Of a stretch of DNA of 64,000 nt, positions 57,992 through 64,000 are shown piece after piece (position 1 is the stretch's first letter; every line of letters starts with the position of its first letter). The stretch lies in the NCBI GenBank assembly GCA_037441705.1, contig JBBIRR010000007.1:1-64000 (forward strand), in the 5' to 3' direction. The notes under the pieces were generated by a model. It had not been told where the DNA came from, did no database searches, and was given only the letters and a program-made list of their open reading frames with translations. A program made the translations under genes and the position numbers. This DNA comes from Ignavibacteriales bacterium (lineage in GTDB: Bacteria > Bacteroidota > Ignavibacteria > UBA10030 > UBA6906).

Positions 57992-59543
57992 TGGCTACCG
58001 AGCGAAACTCCCGGATAACCGTCACTTTGATTTGTCCGGGGTATTCCATCTCTTGCTGGATCTTGGCTGCAATATCGTGCGCGAGCTGATCGGCGAGTGC
58101 GTCGTCCACTTTAGACGGCTCGACGACCACGCGAATTTCCCGGCCAGCCTGGATGGCGTATGTCTTTTCTACACCCTGGAAAGAGTTTGCAAAGGTTTCA
58201 AGTTTCTCCAACCGTTTCGCGTACCCTTCAACGGACTCACGCCGGGCGCCCGGCCGCGCTCCGCTGATAGCATCGGCAGCCTGCACGAGGGCAGCGATGG
58301 GAGATTCCATCGGAATGTCGTCATGATGTGAGCCGATGGCATTGGCAACAATCGGATGTTCGCCGTACTTTTTCGCAAGCTCATAGCCTAACAGGGCGTG
58401 AGGGCCTTCTGCGGTCTTCTCTGCACATTTCCCGATGTCGTGCAAGAGACCCGAACGTTTTGCCAGCGCGGTATCCAGTCCCAATTCACTTGCCATCATG
58501 CCCGTAAGGAAAGCCACCTCAATGCTGTGCTGCAGCATGTTCTGACCGTAACTGGAGCGGTACTTCATGCGCCCGATGAGTCGGAGGATTTCCTTGTGGC
58601 CGCCGTGCAGTCCCAGTTCCAGCAATGCGTTTTCGCCCGTCTTGAGCATATCCTCTTCCAGTTCGTGGCGGACTTTCTCGACGACTTCTTCAATGCGAGC
58701 AGGGTGGATACGTCCATCGGCAATGAGGCGCTCCAGCGCGATGCGCGCAACTTCGCGGCGGAACGGATCGAAGCCCGAGAGAATGACTGCTTCAGGCGTA
58801 TCGTCGACAATAACATCAACGCCGGTTGCGGCCTCGAAGGCACGGATGTTTCTGCCCTCTCTGCCGATGATGCGCCCCTTCATTTCATCGCTCTGGATGT
58901 TCAGCACGCTGACCGTGGTTTCGACCGAGTGATCCGCGGCGGTCCGCTGGATGGCGTGCACGATGAGCTTCTGCGCCTCTTTGCGGGCTTCATCGCGCGC
59001 CTTGTCGCGGATTTCTTTCAACATGTGTGCGGCCTCGGTGCGCGCTTCATTGAGCAAGTTCTCCATCAGCACGCGCTTGGCTTCGTCGCGTGAGTAGCCC
59101 GAAACGCGTTCCAGTCGAGCATTTTCTTCACTGATGAGTTGTTCCAGCTCTGCCTGCCGCGCTTGAAGCTGCCGCTCACGCTCCTCCAGCTGCCGTTTCA
59201 ACTGCTGCTGTTCCCGTTCCTTGCGGTTCAGCAACTCCACCTTGCGGTCGATGTTTTCCTCGCGCGCATCGAGGGCTTTTTCCTGGGCGAGCAGTTTGCT
59301 GCGCTTGCTCTGAACGTCGGCATCGAACTCCTTCTTCTTCGAGTACCATTCGTCCTTGACTTCCAGAAGTTTCTCACGTTTGAGCGTCTCGGCTTCTTTT
59401 TCGGCATCGGCAATAATCTTTGCCGCACGCTCTTGGGCCGTCGCAATCCTGTTCGCCCCGGATTTTTGATTCAGGAACCATCCGATAAAAAAACTGATTC
59501 CGCACGCGAGCAGCACGAGCGGAACGAGAAGATACATGTCCAT
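57981..59543 (-). CDS. rny: Ribonuclease Y
   Basis: N-terminal TM helix, coiled coil, KH domain KGRIIGREGRNIR, HD motif LLHDIGK, C-terminal YPGQIKVTVIRE. Confidence 0.97.
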   Translation of the reverse strand: MDMYLLVPLVLLACGISFFIGWFLNQKSGANRIATAQERAAKIIADAEKEAETLKREKLLEVKDEWYSKKKEFDADVQSKRSKLLAQEKALDAREENIDRKVELLNRKEREQQQLKRQLEERERQLQARQAELEQLISEENARLERVSGYSRDEAKRVLMENLLNEARTEAAHMLKEIRDKARDEARKEAQKLIVHAIQRTAADHSVETTVSVLNIQSDEMKGRIIGREGRNIRAFEAATGVDVIVDDTPEAVILSGFDPFRREVARIALERLIADGRIHPARIEEVVEKVRHELEEDMLKTGENALLELGLHGGHKEILRLIGRMKYRSSYGQNMLQHSIEVAFLTGMMASELGLDTALAKRSGLLHDIGKCAEKTAEGPHALLGYELAKKYGEHPIVANAIGSHHDDIPMESPIAALVQAADAISGARPGARRESVEGYAKRLEKLETFANSFQGVEKTYAIQAGREIRVVVEPSKVDDALADQLAHDIAAKIQQEMEYPGQIKVTVIREFRSVAIAK

Positions 59544-59617
59544 ACAACCTCCCGAAGTACCGATGTGTAACCATCACAGCTCACGAGCAGGCCGGTGCTG
59601 TTCCAGCACCAAAAAAA

Positions 59618-59879
59618 AATCCGCACAAATCAACCGTTCCAAAGAGTCTATGAAAGAACCTCTTTTCAAACACAGTGGGTGCTCGCCTGAACGCCTTTTA
59701 CTTCCACAATCTCGCTCGTCCCGAACAGCCGCAGCTGAGTCAGGATGTCATCGCAAGAATCCCGCTCACTCGGTCAGAGGGACGGGATGTGGCGTGTAAT
59801 CAACGCCCACGAGTCGGGCTCCCTTGGGTATAGTGTTGGTTCTTTATACGTATGTTTGAGACGGTTGACGGTGCGGATT
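59618..59879 (-). ncRNA. ssrS: 6S RNA (unusually long)
   Basis: Lies between zapA and rny. Nested pairings aatccgcac/gtgcggatt, tcaaccgt/acggttga, aaagaacc/ggttcttt, a central bubble, then gggagc/gcaccc. Followed by a T run. Confidence 0.8.
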
Positions 59880-59943
59880 CACACCATCCGTACGCAACGA
59901 ACCTATGCCATAAAGAACAGACGTTGTTCCTTTCGCTGATGAT

Positions 59944-60246
59944 TCACGGAGTTGATGGTTCCTGCAAACACGCGTCGAGGTATGCATTGAGTTTTGCGAT
60001 TTCGTTCTCTACAGCCGTTGTCAGTGCCTTCGAGCGTTCGCGCTCTTTGAAGAGGTCTTCCGTGATATTCAGCGCAGATAGAACAGCCACGGTCAGGGTA
60101 GGTTGCTCGGGAATCTTGTTGTGGATAGTCGTGATCATTTCATCCACGTACGTTGCCACGCGTCGCGTGAAATCTTCACTTTCTCCACGCAGGGGATATT
60201 CCGAGCCGAAGATTTTTACTCTGATGCTTTTTCTATCTGGTGTCAT
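59944..60246 (-). CDS. zapA: Cell division protein ZapA
   Basis: IRVKIFGSEYPL, VATYVDEMI, AVLSALNI; pheT-zapB-zapA-rny context. Confidence 0.92.
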   Translation of the reverse strand: MTPDRKSIRVKIFGSEYPLRGESEDFTRRVATYVDEMITTIHNKIPEQPTLTVAVLSALNITEDLFKERERSKALTTAVENEIAKLNAYLDACLQEPSTP

Positions 60247-60315
60247 CCGTCAATTCCTTACACCCTGATCCAACGATAGGGAACCCGTCCCTCGTCCGTC
60301 GCGCGCGAGCGAAGC

Positions 60316-60609
60316 TCATAGATACGCGTCGATACGCGCAAGAAGCTCCTTCACCTTGGCCGCCAATTGTGCTCGCTCGCCATTGGAGATGATGGCTGCA
60401 GCTTTCACGTCCTGCGCAGCTGCGCGCTGGAGCTGCTGCTCCTTTGCGGCAAGGTCGTTCCGCAGCTTGGCTACTTCCTGTTGCAGCAATGCCACCTGGG
60501 CTTGCAGTGCCTGTCTCTCCTCACGCAGCTGCGCGATCACGTCTCCGGCCCGGCGTACCTTCTCCCAGAGAACTTTCAGCGATTCTTCGATATGAGCAAG
60601 CTGCTCCAC
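60316..60609 (-). CDS. ZapB-like coiled-coil protein
   Basis: 97-aa heptad coiled coil between pheT and zapA. Confidence 0.7.
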   Translation of the reverse strand: MEQLAHIEESLKVLWEKVRRAGDVIAQLREERQALQAQVALLQQEVAKLRNDLAAKEQQLQRAAAQDVKAAAIISNGERAQLAAKVKELLARIDAYL

Positions 60610-60642
60610 GAGAGAGTCCGTTGTGTTTTTTGCCGATCCCCG

Positions 60643-63054
60643 TCACTGTGTTCGCAGTTCAGCACCAAACTGCGCGCGTACCTGCTCCACCACTCGCGCA
60701 ACCTCAGCATCAATCTCTTCGTCCGTCAGCGTGCGGTCTTTCGCCATGAGCACCAGCGTGTAGGCGAGGCTCTGTTTGCCTTGCGGAAGATTCGGGCCGC
60801 GATAGACGTCGAACAGCTCTACGTCCTGCACCAGCGGGCTTCGCATCTCCCGCACCGCCCGTTCGATGCTCTCTCCTGTTACGCCGGTATCAACGATGAA
60901 AGCCACGTCGCGACGCGCTTTCGGAAATCGTGGAAGCGGTGTGTAGTGTTTCTCTTTTGTTGTCTGAAGCAGCGCGAGATTCAGTTCTGCGGCAAACACT
61001 GCTTGCTCAACCCCAAACCTCGTGCACACTTCACGCTTCACACGACCCAGAAAACCCGCCGTCGTTCCGTTGATTTCAACGAAGATAGGTTTGTCAGCTA
61101 AAGTTTCGCTGGTAGGATAATAAATAAACCGCCAACTGTCAAGCCCGCACGTATCGAGAAAATCAGCAATCTCTCCCTTGATGTCGTAGAGATCAACCTC
61201 ATGCGAGGAGTGCTTCCAGTGACGCGGCTCCGATTGGCCGGTCAGCACCAGGCATACGTGCACCTCCTCACGAATATTGCCCACGAGTTGCTTTTCGGGC
61301 GACTCCGAGAACACATGGCCAATCTCGAACAAGCGCAAATCCGTGTTGCCGTGACTTTGATTGTGCGCCACCACCGCCAGCAAGCCCGGCAACAGGCTTG
61401 AGCGCATCGCAGACATCTCCCTGCCCAATGGGTTAGCCAGGCGGACTGGTTGCTTTCCTCCAAGCCGAGCCGTCTCCTCATCCTGAAGGGAAATTGTGAG
61501 AGCCTCCTGAAACCCGAATCCGACAAGGACATCGCGAACGCGATCGGCAAGAAACTCTTTCTCAAACGGATGATCGAAGTCGATCGCCGCAACGGTCTTT
61601 GTCTCGATTTTGTCGTAACCGTACACACGCGCCACTTCCTCGATCAGATCGATCTCTCGCTGAATATCAACTCGATACGTTGGAACGCTGAAGAACGCCC
61701 TCCGCCCTCCTGATCGAGTTTTGCTGATGTCCAACCGAGCGAGAAGGGATGCGATCTCGGAAGGAGTCAGGTCGGTACCGAGAACCTGGTTGCACCGATC
61801 CGGACGCAACGTAACGATGCGAGGCGTGATTTTTTTGGGGTAGATGTCAATCTTCCCGCGCAGCACTTCTCCTCCAGCCAATTCGGCCATCAATTGTGCA
61901 GCACGATCCAGCGCATAGTCACTGGCATTGGGATCGGCGCCGCGTTCGAATCTATACGAGGCATCCGACTGAATGCCGAGCGCACGCGACGTGCGGCGAA
62001 TGCTCGCCGGGTTCCAATACGCACTCTCCAGCACAACATCGGTGGTTGCGTCGGAGATCTCCGAGTTCGCTCCCCCCATCACGCCGGCAATCGACACTTC
62101 GCGCTCTGCATCGCACACCATCACCGCACCCGCCGGCAGAGTATGTTCTTTGCCGTCGAGCGTAGTAAACTTCGTCCCGGCTCTCGCCTGACGGACGATA
62201 ATTTTTGCTCCGACAAGTTTCGCAAAGTCGAACGCGTGCATCGGTTGGCCGCATTCAAGCATCACGTAGTTGGTGATGTCCACGATGTTGTTGCGCGGCC
62301 GCAGACCCGCTGCGCGCAAGGCATGTTGCAGCCAGTCGGGCGACGGACCAACGGTGACGCCGCGAATCATACGCACGGCAAAACGCGGACAGTTGTATTT
62401 GTCCTCCACCGTCACCGAGAAGTGTTTGGTGATGAGAGTTTTCGCCTCCTTCACTTTCACCTTCGGCAGGCGTGGTTTTCTTCCCACCAGAATGCCGATT
62501 TCCCGCGCCACGCCGTAATGGCTCAGCAGGTCCGGGCGGTTGGGTGTGATCCCAACGTCGTACACCACGTCGTCCAGCCCCAGGTACGACGCGAGCTTCT
62601 GACCGACACGGGCATGAGAATCGAGAACAAGAATGCCATCTTTGTCCGCGCCAAGATCCAGCTCGTACTCGGAGCAAATCATCCCGAATGATTCAACGCC
62701 GCGAAGCGTAACCCTCGAGAGCGTGAAGGGCCGGCCGGAGGGATCGTGCTGATTTCGTGGAATGGTCGCCCCCGGAAGTCCGACCGCCACCTTCTGTCCC
62801 GCGGCCACGTTCGGCGCGCCGCACACAATCTGCAGACGTTCGTTCCCTACGTCAACCGCGCATACGGTGAGCCTATCGGCGTTGGGATGCCGCTGCACCG
62901 TCAGGACTTTGCCGACCACGAACCCGTTGTACTTTTCGCCGAGCCGCTCAAAGCCTTCCACCTCGAGGCCGAGCATCGTGAGTTTCTCACTCAACTCTTC
63001 GGGGGTGAAGCGGAACGTGATGTACTTCTGAAGCCAGGCGTGAGAGAGTTTCAT
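60643..63054 (-). CDS. pheT: Phenylalanine-tRNA ligase beta subunit
   Basis: HPNADRL, IVCGAPNV, ITPNRPD, GQPMHAFD, DLIEEVARVYGY; C-terminal anticodon-binding domain. Confidence 0.97.
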   Translation of the reverse strand: MKLSHAWLQKYITFRFTPEELSEKLTMLGLEVEGFERLGEKYNGFVVGKVLTVQRHPNADRLTVCAVDVGNERLQIVCGAPNVAAGQKVAVGLPGATIPRNQHDPSGRPFTLSRVTLRGVESFGMICSEYELDLGADKDGILVLDSHARVGQKLASYLGLDDVVYDVGITPNRPDLLSHYGVAREIGILVGRKPRLPKVKVKEAKTLITKHFSVTVEDKYNCPRFAVRMIRGVTVGPSPDWLQHALRAAGLRPRNNIVDITNYVMLECGQPMHAFDFAKLVGAKIIVRQARAGTKFTTLDGKEHTLPAGAVMVCDAEREVSIAGVMGGANSEISDATTDVVLESAYWNPASIRRTSRALGIQSDASYRFERGADPNASDYALDRAAQLMAELAGGEVLRGKIDIYPKKITPRIVTLRPDRCNQVLGTDLTPSEIASLLARLDISKTRSGGRRAFFSVPTYRVDIQREIDLIEEVARVYGYDKIETKTVAAIDFDHPFEKEFLADRVRDVLVGFGFQEALTISLQDEETARLGGKQPVRLANPLGREMSAMRSSLLPGLLAVVAHNQSHGNTDLRLFEIGHVFSESPEKQLVGNIREEVHVCLVLTGQSEPRHWKHSSHEVDLYDIKGEIADFLDTCGLDSWRFIYYPTSETLADKPIFVEINGTTAGFLGRVKREVCTRFGVEQAVFAAELNLALLQTTKEKHYTPLPRFPKARRDVAFIVDTGVTGESIERAVREMRSPLVQDVELFDVYRGPNLPQGKQSLAYTLVLMAKDRTLTDEEIDAEVARVVEQVRAQFGAELRTQ

Positions 63055-63076
63055 GTCCAGTTCATCGTGGGAGAAT

Positions 63077-64000
63077 TCAAAACTGCTTCAAGAACCTGAC
63101 ATCGTTTTCGTAGAAGAGGCGGATGTCATCAACGCCGTACAGCAGCGCGGCCGTGCGTTCGATTCCCATCCCGAAGGCATAGCCCGTGTATTTCTCGGCG
63201 TCATACCCGACGGCGCGAAAGACGTTCGGATCAACCATACCGCAGCCGAGAATCTCCAGCCAACCGGTCTGCTTGCACAGGCGGCATCCTTTCCCTTTGC
63301 AGATAAAGCAGGTGATGTCCATTTCCGCGCTCGGTTCGGTAAAGGGAAAGAAGCTTGGGCGGAACCGATACTTGATTCCCGTTCCATAAAACTGCCGCGC
63401 GAACGATACAAGTGTTCCCTTCAATTCGCTGAAGGTAATCCCAACGTCCACGGCAAGCCCCTCCACCTGATAGAAATTGCAGAGGCTGCGCGCGCTCACC
63501 GCCTCGTTGCGGTACACCCTCCCCGGCATGATGGTACGAATGGGCGGCCGGTTGTTTTCCATGACACGGATCTGCACGGGCGAGGTGTGGGTGCGAAGCA
63601 CGATGTCGTCGGTGACGAAGAACGTGTCCTGCATGTCCCGCGCCGGGTGATCGGGCGGAAAGTTCAACGCGGTGAAGTTGTGCCAATCGTCTTCGATCTC
63701 GGGACCGTCGGCTATGCCGAAGCCCATGCCGACGAAGATGGCTTTGACTTCATCCAGCGTTTGCATGACGGGATGCTTCGTGCCGCGGAACTTGCGTCGT
63801 CCGGGAAGTGTGGGATCGAGCTGCTCCTCTTCGGCAGGCTTTGTCGTAAGGGCTGCTGACTTCGCTGCAAACACCTCTTGCGCGTAGCGTCGCAGATCGT
63901 TCAGCTCTTTGCCCAGTTCGGGTTTCTCCGCCGCGGGCACCGTGCGCAGCTCATCGAAGAGCGCAGCGATGAGTCCTTTGCGGACCAGATACTTCAGCCT
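63077..64000 (-). CDS. pheS: Phenylalanine-tRNA ligase alpha subunit (5' end beyond window)
   Basis: [43 protein letters not shown]. The frame stays open to the window edge. Confidence 0.97.
   Translation of the reverse strand, partial: RLKYLVRKGLIAALFDELRTVPAAEKPELGKELNDLRRYAQEVFAAKSAALTTKPAEEEQLDPTLPGRRKFRGTKHPVMQTLDEVKAIFVGMGFGIADGPEIEDDWHNFTALNFPPDHPARDMQDTFFVTDDIVLRTHTSPVQIRVMENNRPPIRTIMPGRVYRNEAVSARSLCNFYQVEGLAVDVGITFSELKGTLVSFARQFYGTGIKYRFRPSFFPFTEPSAEMDITCFICKGKGCRLCKQTGWLEILGCGMVDPNVFRAVGYDAEKYTGYAFGMGIERTAALLYGVDDIRLFYENDVRFLKQF

Overview
A 64 kb, GC-rich chromosomal window read almost entirely on the minus strand. It most likely comes from an Ignavibacteria/Bacteroidota-like (FCB group) bacterium; this is inferred from seven intact proteins with T9SS-type C-terminal sorting domains, a PorV-family barrel and canonical sigma70 promoters with Shine-Dalgarno sites. 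The right third is housekeeping: pheS-pheT-zapB-zapA-6S RNA-rny-coaE, nadB, purF, ftsY, mutL. The middle carries alpha-2-macroglobulin/PbpC, PcrA/UvrD, an MNT-HEPN pair and an acyl-CoA mutase with isobutyryl-CoA-mutase specificity residues. The left half is rich in uncharacterised envelope systems. The first is a six-gene operon (4375-15728) coupling a TonB-dependent receptor, a PorV-like barrel, two lipoproteins and two secreted proteins, one built from ExeM/YhcR-like OB-fold modules with no recognisable nuclease domain; it is a candidate nucleic-acid capture and uptake locus. The second is a TlpA/DUF6029/Omp28 operon in which all three proteins carry a cysteine pair, a candidate trans-envelope thiol relay. 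Other oddities: a tRNA-Ser precursor leader holding a partial tRNA copy split at the anticodon by a 59-bp hairpin element; a strongly promoted leader encoding a 28-aa peptide that ends in lipobox-CWEC, upstream of an unknown beta-barrel; a roughly 260-nt 6S RNA; a mosaic relic sorting-domain cassette; and three decayed toxin-antitoxin or nuclease genes. No CRISPR array, rRNA, transposase or integrase was seen. All family assignments come from motif recognition by eye; no searches were run.
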